DNA of 64,000 nucleotides from Malacoraja senta (taxonomy: Eukaryota), in contig CM075993.1 in assembly GCA_038087875.1 (NCBI GenBank), forward strand, positions 1,490,001-1,554,000, in the 5' to 3' direction. Positions 53,201 to 62,659 of this stretch are shown here, one piece after another (positions within the stretch are counted from its first letter, which is position 1; each line of letters starts with the position of its first letter). The translations under genes and the position numbers were made by a program. The notes under the pieces were generated by a model. It was not told the DNA's origin. It did not search any database and was given only the letters and a program-made list of their open reading frames with translations.

Positions 53201-56200
53201 ATGTTATAGAAATAAATACGACTTCACTTGACTTGACTTATAACCCCATTTTAACTTGGGATCAGGAATACTTACAGTTCTGTCCACAACAGCCTCCAGC
53301 TCTTTGTAATCTTCAGAAGACCTGTCTCTCAAAGAATGTGAATAGCTTTGATTTAGGATTGCAAACTGCAGTAGAAGAGGGGCCTGGATTCCTGGGGAAC
53401 TCTGTGCCGTCTGGGAATACAATGATGCCGTTTCACTCAACTCAAATGCAAAGGCGCTGGTGCCCGGTTTGTTCCAATAGCAGTTGCCTTTGTGAAAGGT
53501 TGTGAAGTTCTTGGGCTCAACCTGATGCTAGTTGGTGAACGTGCAGCAGGATAGTCGTGGCTGGTGGTGTTCGACGTAGTGAAGAGTTTCTCAGAGGGAA
53601 ATGGCTTCCAGATGGAGTGGATGACAAAGTCTCGGAGGACAGAGGGCTGGTGTGGGTCAAAGAAACAGAGACATGCCGTTCAGAACCAGGCATCTCAGTG
53701 GAAGTAGCTTTTATCCAAGTAGTTTGCTGTGTATGTGGGGATACCATGGATGTCCCTACTTTGGAGTTACCAGCCAGCCAAACATCTGGACTCCAGCTGG
53801 TTACAGACAGAGCTCTGGAGTAGTCTGACACATCAGATTGCCATTGTGTGGAATCACTAGAACAGCTGTAGAATACGTGTCAGAAACATCTGGACTTTGA
53901 CTTGTGGCAATAGGCACATCTAAAATATCAGTGGTGACAAAAGCTGTGGAAGATGCAGAATTATCTGGAGTCAAGTGAATGATGGATGAAGGAGCAGTCG
54001 AGTAGTCAGGAACATCTGTCAGTACTGAAGGTGATGATGACATGGAGTATGTGGAAACATCTGGATTGTGACTCCGGTCAGACACATCCGACGACTGCTC
54101 ACTGTAAACAGAGGCAGATGTTGAGTATGTGCCAGAAATACCAAAGTCCTGCACAAGGGAAACCGATGAAGCCACTGTATGTTCAGGAGCATCTGATGGC
54201 CAGCTTGAAACCAGTGCATCTGATGTGGGGAGATCAGAAGCCAAGGTAGAAACACAAGGCGTCGCTGAGCAGGGGTCAGATACAGCTGTGCTCCCGCTAG
54301 CAATCGGCAATGCAAATGTGGAATAATGATCTACAGCCCGGTTAGTCGTGGCGTAGACCACAACATCAGACAGCTGCTGTGCTGAAACAGAGGAGAATGC
54401 ATCGCTTGGAGACCAGCTGGTAGAGTACGAGTCAGTCACACTCAGAGTTGGGTCAGCTGTTGAGTGGGTGGTGGTTGCATCTGGAACATGTGCAATGGAA
54501 ACATGTGAAGCAGCTGGGTACTCAGAGGCATCTGAGAACCAGTCGGCAGAAACAGATGCAGTCACGGAATATGTAGAAGTCTCTGGAGGCCGACTAGCTG
54601 GGGACAGGCGCGATAGGCCTCGTGCTTCAGTAATGGAGACTGACAGGGCTGTGGAATATTCCGACACATCTGGCAGCCATTGCCCTGAAGCTGGTGGAGC
54701 CGTGGTGGAGGCAACAGGATCAACTGGAGTCCGACTGGTGAACAGGTACGGCACATCTGGATCTTGGGCAATGGAAACAGATGTGGTGTACCCCGCCTCG
54801 GAAAGGGCCAACAATGTGGAGGAGAGAGACGAATCCGTGGAATATGCATTGGTCACACCTGGTGGTTGGTTTGTTGGAAGAGATTCCACAGAGGACATGG
54901 AAACATCTCCAGCTCCATGGAAGGACGGTGATGCAGCTGTGGAGGTTGCTTCACCAACATCTGGAGCTGGTGTAATGGAAGCAAATGAAGCGGCTGAGCT
55001 CGTGTCAGATACGTCTGGAGAGCAGCTGACGGAAACTGAAGTGGTCGGTTCATCCTCAGGAGCATCTTGCCAGATCTCAGAGCTGCTGGATGGCCCAGCA
55101 CTCTCAATGGACGTGGAATTAGAAAGCTCCTCAAATGTCGAGTCCCAGCTGACTGCACCAGTTCTCAAACGCACTGCAGGGGCTGTCTCTGAACCAAGTG
55201 AACTGGGCACTGCTGTGGATGGTAGGGATTGTGGACTGCTTTCAACGGATTCAAATGGTGTCAAGCCCCTAGTGACGATCCCATCGACTGCAGAATCAGC
55301 GAGAGTCTCCATTGCATCAGAACGACTAGTACTGTTTGGAGGAGGTGTATTTTGCAAGTTGTCTTTCCTATCCAGTGTAGTCGCCCCCTCAGAGTTAAAT
55401 GCTGGCTGCGTTGCAAATTGGAACAAAGAGGTGGTCACCTCTTGATCAGATCTCCCACTTACAGTGGAAGACGGTGGTAGGATGTGTCCGGTAGAAGTGA
55501 AGTCTAAAGCATCGGCCCTTGGATTTGTCCATTGACTGTACACAGTGTCTAGTAGGGTTGTAGGTACTTTTAATCCAATGACGACATCTGTACTTTTGCT
55601 CAGAGCGAGCGAGCTTCCTTCACCATCAAGGCCAGGACTTGTTGCAGAAGGGCGACGCGGTTCATTAGCAAAGCCCTCAGCTGTGGTTAGGGACTCGCCA
55701 GGGAGCTGCAATGGAAACCCAGTCTCTCCAGCCTCCGATTTGCTCGGTAGAACGGTAGATTTGACAGACGGCCAAATTAATGAGGATGCTCTTGGAAGAC
55801 CCAAGCTCGAAACCAAGGTCTCCTCTGATGAAGCAGCAGGCACATCAGTTAGATCCTCTTCCTGTGTCACCCAGTCAATCTTCACTGGTGCACCATGGAG
55901 GCTTCCTAAAGACAGGACGATTATTAAGGGTTTGACTAGAAGCAGGAAACATTAGAAGCACTAGAAGCAGGAAACATGCTCCCAATGTTGGGAGAGTCCA
56001 GAACCAGGGGCCACAGTTTAAGAATAAGGGGTAAGCCATTTAGAACAGAGGTGAGGAAACACTTTTTCACACAGTTGTGAGTCTGTAGAATTCTCTGCCT
56101 CAGAGGGCGGTGGAGGTTGGTTCACTGGATACTTTCAAGAGAGAGCTAGATAGGGCTCTTAAAGATAGCAGACTCAGGAGATATGGGGAGAAGGCAGGAA

Positions 56201-57246
56201 CGGGGTACTGATTGGGGATGATTAGCCATGATCACATTGAATGCCAGTGCTGGCTCGAAGGGCCGAATGGACTACTCCTGCACCTATTGTCTATTGACAA
56301 GAGCAAGTTATAATTTCTGAAATTAATGAAAGTTCTCTTTTTGAAAGGAAACAGAGGTTGCCTTTTAAGGTCACAAATGATAGGAGCAGAATTAGACCAT
56401 TCGGCCCATCAAGTCTACTCTGCCATTCAATCATGGCTGATCCATCTCTCCCTCCTAACCCCATTCTCCTGCCTTCTCCCCATAACCCCCGACACCCATA
56501 CTAATCAAGAATCTATCCATCTCTGCCTTAAAAATACCCATTGACTTGGCCTCCACAGCCTTCTGTGGCAAAGAATTCCACAGATTCACCACCCGCTACT
56601 TAACCTTCATACCCAACAGTGACCAGGACACTGATCAAGCAAATCGTGTTCAACATGCAGGCAGATCACTCCAAGCAGTTAGATAGTGTACTGCTGTAAA
56701 ACAATCTGCATGTACCTCAGGTAGCAAGACTTGGTTACCATCATCAATGTCACTTGGTAGTTTGATACTCCCCAGCAGGTCAAGTAGAGAGGGGGGGAAA
56801 TCACAAGGAACTGCAGATGCCATTTTATAAATACAAAATGCTGACGTAACTTTTAGGGTGGCACAGTGGTAGAGAGCACTGGAGATCCAATTTTAAGCCC
56901 TGCCCCACGGTACGAATTCATTCCAAGAGCTCTCCCGAGTTTAAAAAAAATCAAACTCATGGTAAACACGGAGAATGAACGTAGCGGAAACGTCGGAGCT
57001 CGGAGACGTCTCTTAGCGCTAACGTCAGGTACTCGGGAATACTCGCTAACGGCAGGTAAGCACAAGAAGACTCGTGAAGATTTTTCAACATGTTGAAAAA
57101 TGTCCACGAGAGCCCCGAGTCGGCTCCCGTGTACCATCTCTAAATTTAAAGCACGTGCTGTCCTTGAAGAACGGCTTCTCCAGGCTGCCTCAAACAGTTG
57201 AAAAATGCTTACCTAGAATCATAAGTACGGGAAGTAGAGAATTCAT
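29143..57246 (-). CDS. Gene B: membrane-tethered mucin with three SEA domains (signal peptide-PTS-SEA-SEA-SEA-TM-tail), about 1275 aa; four apparent 1-nt deletions in this assembly
   Basis: 13 coding exons: 57246-57213, 55905-53276, 51351-51287, 49908-49751, 47843-47716, 46144-46087, 44686-44550, 43884-43760, 41354-41293, 40926-40769, 35255-35146, 33091-32993, 29202-29143. Splice sites are canonical (one GC donor). Phases are compatible except the 58-nt exon, which is 1 nt short. Confidence 0.88.
29325..30181 (+). mobile_element. GC-rich non-coding retroposon with LINE-like 3' tail
   Basis: 5' aagtggcggcg, YY1-like caaaatggcg, two 3' hairpins, AATAAA and (aatctct)n tail; possible TSD taatttat; related copies at 35700-36355. 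Confidence 0.7.
30450..30685. repeat. Inverted pair of PLE pLTR copies
   Basis: ...gtcgagacccttcttcag-taatgaagaagt-ctgaagaagggtctcgac...; the arms are near reverse complements. Confidence 0.88.
31007..31290 (+). mobile_element. V-SINE
   Basis: Same consensus. Confidence 0.85.
31340..31635 (-). mobile_element. V-SINE, tail-to-tail with the previous copy
   Basis: Reverse complement of the consensus. Confidence 0.85.
31745..32215 (-). mobile_element. CR1 3' fragment with short tandem tail
   Basis: MRGGLIETYKILMGLDRLDAGRLFP; (tctatgta)n tail. Confidence 0.88.
32993..33091 (-). CDS. Gene B cytoplasmic exon
   Basis: ctgtag|TGC TGG AAG...GAG|gtgagc; 99 nt; CWKYSFWATCQEG...LHLPLPE. Confidence 0.85.
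33705..34032 (+). mobile_element. L2-clade LINE 3' end (related copies about 44040-44190, 47160-47430, 53070-53240)
   Basis: LNIPRSRHKLRDDRAFEAAAPRLWNS...FKSRLKTHL; (gactt)n tail. Confidence 0.8.
34700..34995 (-). mobile_element. CR1 3' fragment
   Basis: Reverse complement of the CR1 tail consensus. Confidence 0.8.
35146..35255 (-). CDS. Gene B transmembrane exon
   Basis: tttcag|AT GCA...CTG|gtgagt; FPGFGIALILMCSLAVISLPVVAFL, clearly paralogous to the gene A TM exon. Confidence 0.92.
35345..36355. mobile_element. Cluster of the same GC-rich retroposon (minus copy about 35700-36020, plus copy ending about 36355)
   Basis: Shared gactttgcc..ccatcacagtgag...ctcactgt and aatttcgttca motifs; (attct)n tail. 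Confidence 0.7.
37335..37845. repeat. Cluster of tandem and inverted pLTR fragments
   Basis: Repeated gctggagaaactcagcgggtgaggcagcatc and its reverse complement. Confidence 0.85.
37925..38240 (-). mobile_element. CR1 3' fragment
   Basis: RNFFGQCVVNLWNSLP. Confidence 0.82.
38695..38970 (-). mobile_element. V-SINE (degenerate)
   Basis: Reverse complement of the consensus. Confidence 0.72.
40460..40752 (+). mobile_element. V-SINE ending about 10 nt from a gene B splice donor
   Basis: Same consensus. Confidence 0.85.
40769..40926 (-). CDS. Gene B SEA3 C-terminal exon
   Basis: ctccag|A AGG CAC AGC TCG GTG...GGA G|gtaagt; RHSSVISTCDLMF...IKVDAYSFTVG. Confidence 0.87.
41293..41354 (-). CDS. Gene B SEA3 middle exon
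   Basis: tttcag|TTG...GG|gtaagt; LQAILKPRYSNFVQAVVSHF(G). Confidence 0.85.
41965..42530 (-). mobile_element. CR1 3' fragment
   Basis: RKDVLALKRVQRRFTRI through to the tail. Confidence 0.85.
42885..43180 (+). mobile_element. CR1 3' fragment
   Basis: KGLESVDVERMFPLVGESTTRGHSLRI. Confidence 0.82.
43760..43884 (-). CDS. Gene B SEA3 N-terminal exon
   Basis: ttttag|GA TCA...TCA|gtaagt; LPISFAIENHEYNTMLRDSRSAYFCSLGGVVTRS matches the SEA N-terminal pattern. Confidence 0.9.
44550..44686 (-). CDS. Gene B SEA2 C-terminal exon
   Basis: ttgcag|A TCC ATC...AAT G|gtgagt; SIQGDVNIQG...VDLRSLRVN. Confidence 0.82.
44720..44885 (+). mobile_element. PLE RT fragment
   Basis: QSLFQAYRGPTPELYLCYIDDCMGATSCTHAELTDFI in ORF 44649..44876. 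Confidence 0.85.
46087..46144 (-). CDS. Gene B SEA2 middle exon (58 nt, 1 nt short of the required phase)
   Basis: tacaag|GTT...AT|gtgagt; adding one A to the A run gives VVATLKKKYFVREFNIGRV(I) and the needed phase 0 to 2. Confidence 0.65.
46367..46668 (+). mobile_element. V-SINE
   Basis: Same consensus. Confidence 0.85.
47716..47843 (-). CDS. Gene B SEA2 N-terminal exon (divergent)
   Basis: ttttcag|GC TAC...TGG|gtacgt; YSLAILQPEALLIEFTALSVGF...DLLQRLSSW; phase 1 to 0. Confidence 0.78.
49095..49612 (+). repeat. Tandem array of a 66-bp pLTR-derived unit interrupted by an inverted pLTR piece
   Basis: Unit tgaaacgtcacctatccatgttctccacagatgctgcctgacccgctgagttactccagcactctg, about 6 full or partial copies. 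Confidence 0.9.
49751..49908 (-). CDS. Gene B SEA1 C-terminal exon with canonical GSV
   Basis: cgcag|G AAT GGC TCG GTT AGA GTA...AAT G|gtgagt; NGSVRVECEVVF...LVMDASSVACN. Confidence 0.9.
51287..51351 (-). CDS. Gene B SEA1 middle exon (GC donor)
   Basis: ttttag|CTA AGA GCC...TTC AG|gcaagt; LRAIFHARYRDNFLGIEILGF(R). Confidence 0.85.
51880..52255 (+). mobile_element. CR1 3' fragment
   Basis: RGDLIETYRIMKGIDRVDVERMLP. Confidence 0.87.
53276..55905 (-). CDS. Gene B giant exon: Ser/Thr/Pro-rich mucin domain plus start of SEA1
   Basis: ctttag|GA AGC...AGA ACT|gtaagt; contains ORF 53801..55885 (694 aa, S/T-rich). It continues through three frameshifts to LLLQFAILNQSYSHSLRDRSSEDYKELEAVVDRT, a typical SEA N-terminus. 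Confidence 0.9.
55920..56595. mobile_element. Two CR1 tails (plus 55920-56295, minus 56370-56595)
   Basis: CR1 tail consensus in both orientations; begins about 15 nt from the giant-exon acceptor. Confidence 0.8.
56895..57125. mobile_element. Truncated copy of the 27.5-kb MITE family
   Basis: Shares ctcccgagtttaaaaaaaatcaaactc and gaagatttttcaacatgttgaaaaatgtccacgagagccccgagt. Confidence 0.8.
57213..57246 (-). CDS. Gene B first coding exon (signal peptide); exon with 5' UTR spans 57320-57213
   Basis: ccaaaATG AAT TCT CTA CTT CCC GTA CTT ATG ATT CTA G|gtaagc; splices to give MNSLLPVLMILGSLHG-APV; in-frame stop upstream; acceptor caacag at 57321. Confidence 0.8.
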
Positions 57247-58151
57247 TTTGGAATAATGCTTGCCACCTCACTTGCTGCATTCAGTTCTGGTTCACTCGAT
57301 GCAAACCATTCTCTGAAGACCTGTTGGGAGGGAAAAGGTGGTTTATTGAAACAATGGAAGATCAAAAAGATAGGCACAAAATACTGGCGCAACTCAGTAG
57401 AACAGGCAGCATCTCTGGATAGAAGGAATGGGTGACGTTTCAGGTCAAGAACCTTCTTCAGACAGAGTCAGGGAAGAGGGAGACACGGATGTGGAAGGGC
57501 AAGGTGTGAAAACAACAGATCAAAGAGGACGAAGGTCAAGGAAAATGGAGAATGGATCATTGTTAGCTTGGGGAAGGTGCACAAAAAACCTTTGGAAGGA
57601 GTTGGTAAAGGAGAAACATTTACCTATCCTGGGCATGTACAGGAACAACAGCCTTTACCCAGGAGACACAGGGAGAAACTGGGCAGGAAGTTTTGTTCAA
57701 CTACGGAAAACATTGGTCAAACTACACCTTCGGAAGAAGAACACATTTTAAAAAATCAGTCAAGAGAGTGATGAAGAATTCCACATTGATTGAGGTGCAG
57801 TTCAAAGACTAAGATGAAAAGCAATTGCACAATCTGAAAGCGCACTAGTAACACATTTGAGTGATTTGGAATAGAATGCAAGAATAAAAAGAAAGATTTA
57901 AACTACAAATTTGAAATGTAGTTCGTTTTGTTTTTAAAAAAAGCACTTAACATTACATTAAATATTTAAATCACTTAAAGTAGATTTTCCCCACCCCTAG
58001 AAGTTAGATATATCTTAGAGTTCCCATGAAATGTCATCATCATCTTGAAGTGTTTCTCCTCCACAGATGCAGCCTGACCTATTGAGTATTTACAGCATTC
58101 CCTGGTTTGGACTCAAACCATCCCAATAGGCAAGTAGTGACTCACCAGACA

Positions 58152-58515
58152 ACATAGAAAATAGGTGCAGGACTAGGCCATTTGGCCCCTCAAGCCATTC
58201 AATGTGATAATCCAAAATCAGTACCCCGTTCCTGCTTTCTCCCCATATCCCTTGGTTCCATTAGCCCCAAGAGCTAAATCTAACTCTCTCTTGAAAACAT
58301 CCAGTGAATTGGCCTCCACTGCCTTCTGTGGCAGAGAATTCCAAAGATTCACAACTCTCTGGGTGATAAAGTTTTTCCTCGTCTCATTCCTAAATGGCCT
58401 ACCCCTTATTCTTAAACTGTGACCCCCCTGGTTCTGGACTCCCCCTACATGAGGAACATGTTTCCTGCATCTAGCCTGTCCAATCCCTTAAGAATGTTAT
58501 ATGTTTCTATAAGAT
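58152..58515 (-). mobile_element. CR1 3' fragment
   Basis: Reverse complement of the CR1 tail consensus. Confidence 0.85.
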
Positions 58516-58932
58516 CCTACAAGAAGTTTCTATCAACACAAACCTTTGTGCAAAGCTGCAAGAACACTTTCCCACACAAAGTTGTAGCTAGGACAATCAA
58601 ACTTTACATCTTCAAACATTAGTGCTTAGTTGAAGTGTGTAGGAAAGAATTGCAGATGCTGGTTTAAATCCAAGGTAGACGCAAAATGCTGGAGTAACTC
58701 AGCGGGACAGGCAGCATCTCTGGGGAGAAGGAATGGGTGGTGTTTCAGGTCGAGACCCTTCTTCAGACCATGGGTTTAAAGGGGGGAGGGCTGTTGGGGG
58801 CCAGAGCAACAAGGGGCCAGAACCAACAGAGAAGCCGATTAATGGAACCGGAGTAACAACTACATTTTACAAAAGTGAACTGCAACCTAATGATCAAACT
58901 CGATAGAAAATCCCACTCACAAGTCTACTCAC

Positions 58933-59120
58933 CAACGCGTAGGAAGGTAGAACTACAGCCACGCTATAGTCTACTAAAGGTTGGGTTTTTTCTCCTACGG
59001 GTTAAGAAACAGAGACAAAAGGTTTTTGTAAAAACCTATCTACCCCTCCCGCCATTTATGCGTCGCTCCCATATCAGCTGATCTTTAATTAATCTGCTCG
59101 ACGTCCAACTGCGAATTGGG
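58933..59120 (-). promoter_or_regulatory. Candidate promoter and non-coding first exon of gene B
   Basis: Unique sequence with minus-strand CCAAT (59115-59119), TATA-like CATAAAT (59054-59060) and donor TTG|gtgagt at 58933. The first coding exon has a splice acceptor, so an upstream exon is expected. Confidence 0.4.
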
Positions 59121-59639
59121 CTACAGGAGGTCCACTCAGCTGAGATCAATTGACTGGTGATCAGCGGGTGTGGCCAGGGACTGAGTTTGCGTGAAGGGGG
59201 CCACTTTATGGGGAGTGGGAGGAAGTTTGGAAAGAATGCACTTCAACCTTTCACATACAATCTGTAAGTGTCCACAATCACATTGCATCACATTGCACAT
59301 CGTCTGAAGAAGGTTCTCGACCCGAAACCTCACCCATTCATTCTCTCCAGCGATGCTGCCTGTCCCGCTGAGTTACTCCAGCATTCTGTGCCTTATCTTC
59401 GGTTTAAACCAGCATCTGCAGTCCCTTCCTACACATTACATTGCATGTGGTCTTTGATCAGTTATTGCAACCCTCTACTCAACGCACAAACTTTCAAACC
59501 ACTTTAGTATCTTCACTTGCTAATTCATAAGATGTTTGACCTGCTGGGTTTGGACTTTGTTGATTAGAGTTCCCTTTGCCTCTCACTCGCCAGGCTTTGT
59601 CCAACTCTACCCCTCTTCCAACTTTCCCCTACTAGGTAG

Positions 59640-60645
59640 CTTTGAGGCCATATTTAGAGTAAAGTGTTCAGTTCTGGGCACCGTATTGTAGGAAAGATGT
59701 TGTCAAGCTGGAAAGGGTACATTTACAAGATTTACAAGGATGTCGCCAGGACTAGAGGGTCTGAGCTACAGGGAGAGGTTGAGCAGGCTGGGACTCTATT
59801 CCTTGAAGCGCAGGAGGATGAGGGGTGATCTTGCAGAGGTGTATAAGATCATGAGAGGAATAGATTGGGTAGATGCACAGAGTCTCTTGCCCACAGTAGG
59901 TGAATCGAAGACCAGAGGGCATAGATTTAAGGTGAAGGGGAAAAGATTTAATCAGAATCTGAGGGGTAACTTTTTCACACATAGGGTGGTGGGTGCATGG
60001 AACAAGCTGCCAGAGGAGGAGCGCAGAATTCTGAGATGACTTGGATAGAGTGAATGTGGAGAGGATGTGTCCATTAGTGGGAGAGTCTAGGACTAGAGGT
60101 CATATTAAATTAGAACTAAATCAGAATTAAAGGACGTTCTTTTTGGAAGGAGATGAGGAGGAATTTCTTTAGACAGAGGGTGGTGAATCTGTGGAATTCT
60201 TTGCCACAGAAGGCTGTGGAGGCCAAGTCAATGGATATATTTAGGGAAGAGATAGATAGTTTCTTGACTAGTATGGGTGTCAGAGGTTATGGGGAGAATG
60301 AGGTTAGGAGGGAGAGATAGATCAGCCATGATTGAATGGCGGAGTAGACTTGCTGGGCCGAATGGCCCAATTCTACTAGTATCACTTATGATCTTATGAC
60401 TTCATTGAACATTATCATGACCTAAATTGATATTTACAGCATAATTGGATGGCAACCAAGAAGGCAACCAACAAAGAAGCTTTCAAGAGAGAGATAGTTA
60501 GGGCTCTTAAAAATAGCGGAGTCAGGGGATATGGGGAGAAGGCAGGAACGGGGTACTGATTGGGGATGATCAGCCATGATCACATTGAATGGCGGTGCTG
60601 GCTCGAAGGACCGAATGGCCTACTCCTGCACCTATTGTCTATTGA
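59640..60645 (+). mobile_element. Stack of three CR1 3' fragments
   Basis: PGLEGLSYRERLSRLGLYSL...WNKLP followed by two further CR1 tails. Confidence 0.85.
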
Positions 60646-62321
60646 CAACTGGTGTTATTTTCTTTGAATGTGTGTATATTTGGTGAGCTCATTTTGAACT
60701 TGAGAGACATACTTGAAGCATCTTTATAGTCAAGGGAGTCCTAGCAATCCCTCCGCCACTGTTGTCATGGCAATGATATTCTCAAGTGATTTTGCTGTCT
60801 TAATGAATCATTCTTCGTCTACTGTGGCTTGAATGAAACATCCAATGGCATTCTGAATCGTGTTGGAAGGTAGCTCAGTCATGAGTGTAAGTGTTGTGAA
60901 AGCAGTGATCCCAGCTGCCAGGCAGTTGTTTGCAAGGTGATTATGACAAATTATTGCAGAGAAACAAACTGAGAATCTCACCAATGGCTTTTACCGAGAC
61001 TAAATGAAGTCAGCAACCTCACATTGAAACAATAATATTCTATTCCATTAGGTTGTTCTCTGGAGAAGACACAGAGTGCTGGAGAAGCTCAGCGGCTCAG
61101 GCAACATCTCAGAAGAAGCAGTAGATACAGTATAAACTATTGAAGGATAATAATATTTATAGAATGTAATGGATGTCAAATTCCAGTGCTAAACATTTGC
61201 TCCTTGGCATAGAGTGCTACAGATTCTCAATCACTAGAAATTAATCAGTGTTCGCTTCCCTTGACATCAATAAAAATAGAATGCTTGCTTTTGTGGTTCG
61301 ATAGACACAAAATGCTGGAGTAACTTTGTGGGATAACTTTGATCTAGTGTGAACGGGTAATCGATGGTCAGTGGGTCGACGAGCCTGTTTCCTTGCTGCA
61401 TCTCTAAACTAAACTAAACTGAATAGCAATGAATTGGTGCACCACACATACAGGGACACAAGTGTAAAGTCCTTTAATATTCATCTATGCCCTTTGTTAT
61501 GCTTACCAGCCTTACCTCTATGTGACCCCCCTGACCCACCAGTGTGGTAGATTTCTAACCACCTCCACAGTGCAGGGAGAATTGGGGATGGGCAATAAAT
61601 GCTGGCCTCAGCAAAAAACAAACAAAAAAAAACCGGAACCTTGGACTCACATTGTAGAAGTTGCATTTACATTGTGGTTGAGAATTGGAGCTCAACGTGA
61701 AACCCGCAACGAAACTGGAAGTTTCACTTCCACTGAGCCAACATTTGGTACATCCTTAATTCGCAAGCAATGTTAGTGGCAAGACAAAGTGATCAGAGAA
61801 TGGCAGTGTTGTGTTGAAGACATTATTATAAGTGTAATAATAAGTCAAAGGAACAGAATTAGGCCATTCGGCCCATCAAGTCTATTTTGCTGGTAGACAA
61901 AAATGCTGGAGAAACTCAGCGGGTGCAGCAGCATCTATGGAGTGAAGGAAATAGGCAAAGTTTCGGGCCGAAACCTTTCTTCAGACTTAAGTCTATTTCG
62001 CTGTTCAATTTGGGCCATTGAGACCTCTTACTTAATCCTGCCTATCCCATTCCTGCAGAAAGGAACAGTAGATGCTGGTTTACACCGAAGATAGGCACAA
62101 AATGCTGGAGTAACTCAGCAGGACAAGCAGCATCTCTGGATAGAAAGAATGGGTGACGTTTTGGTCAAGACCTTTCTTCAAGCTCTATCTTTTACCCAGA
62201 GCACTGCAAATTATCTTGCTTCAAACGTCCATCCAGTATCTCCTTTGACTGTTTCCACCAATCTTGCAAGGTTAGGGTTTCAAGTGCGAGCTGCTGTTAT
62301 TAGGTAAGCCTAAGGTTTGGG

Positions 62322-62627
62322 ATGGCACGGTGGCGCAGCGGTAGAGTTGCTGCCATACAGCGCTTGCAGCTCCAGATTCGATTCTGACTACGGGTGCTGT
62401 CTGTATGGAGTTTGTACGTTCTCCCCGTGACCGTGTGGGTTTTCTCCGAGATCTTCGGTTTCATCCCACACTCCAAAGACGTACAGGTTTGTAGGTTAAT
62501 TGGCTTGGTATAAGTGTAAATTGTCCCTAGTGTGTGTAGCATAGTGTTAATGTGTGGGGATCGTTGATCGGTGCAGACTCAGTGGACCAAGGGGCCTGTT
62601 TCTGCGCTGTATCTCTAAATTAAACTC
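62322..62627 (+). mobile_element. V-SINE (duplicated at 63467-63772)
   Basis: Same consensus; two near-identical copies with shared flanks. Confidence 0.88.
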
Positions 62628-62659
62628 ACATCTAATGTGTAGTTGTTTATCTAAATGGT

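Noticed and set aside
54468..55445. 325-aa plus-strand ORF
   Set aside because: Antisense shadow of the Ser/Thr-rich mucin exon, with no independent splice or domain evidence.
29143..57246. Naming gene B IMPG2, MUC16, MUC17 or MUC1
   Set aside because: No EGF-like exons found (against IMPG2 and MUC3/13/17), only three SEA modules (against MUC16), and MUC1 orthology cannot be shown without phylogeny or synteny. Symbol left blank.
60713..60852. AG/GT-bounded minus-strand segment upstream of gene B
   Set aside because: Stops in all three frames and no other evidence.
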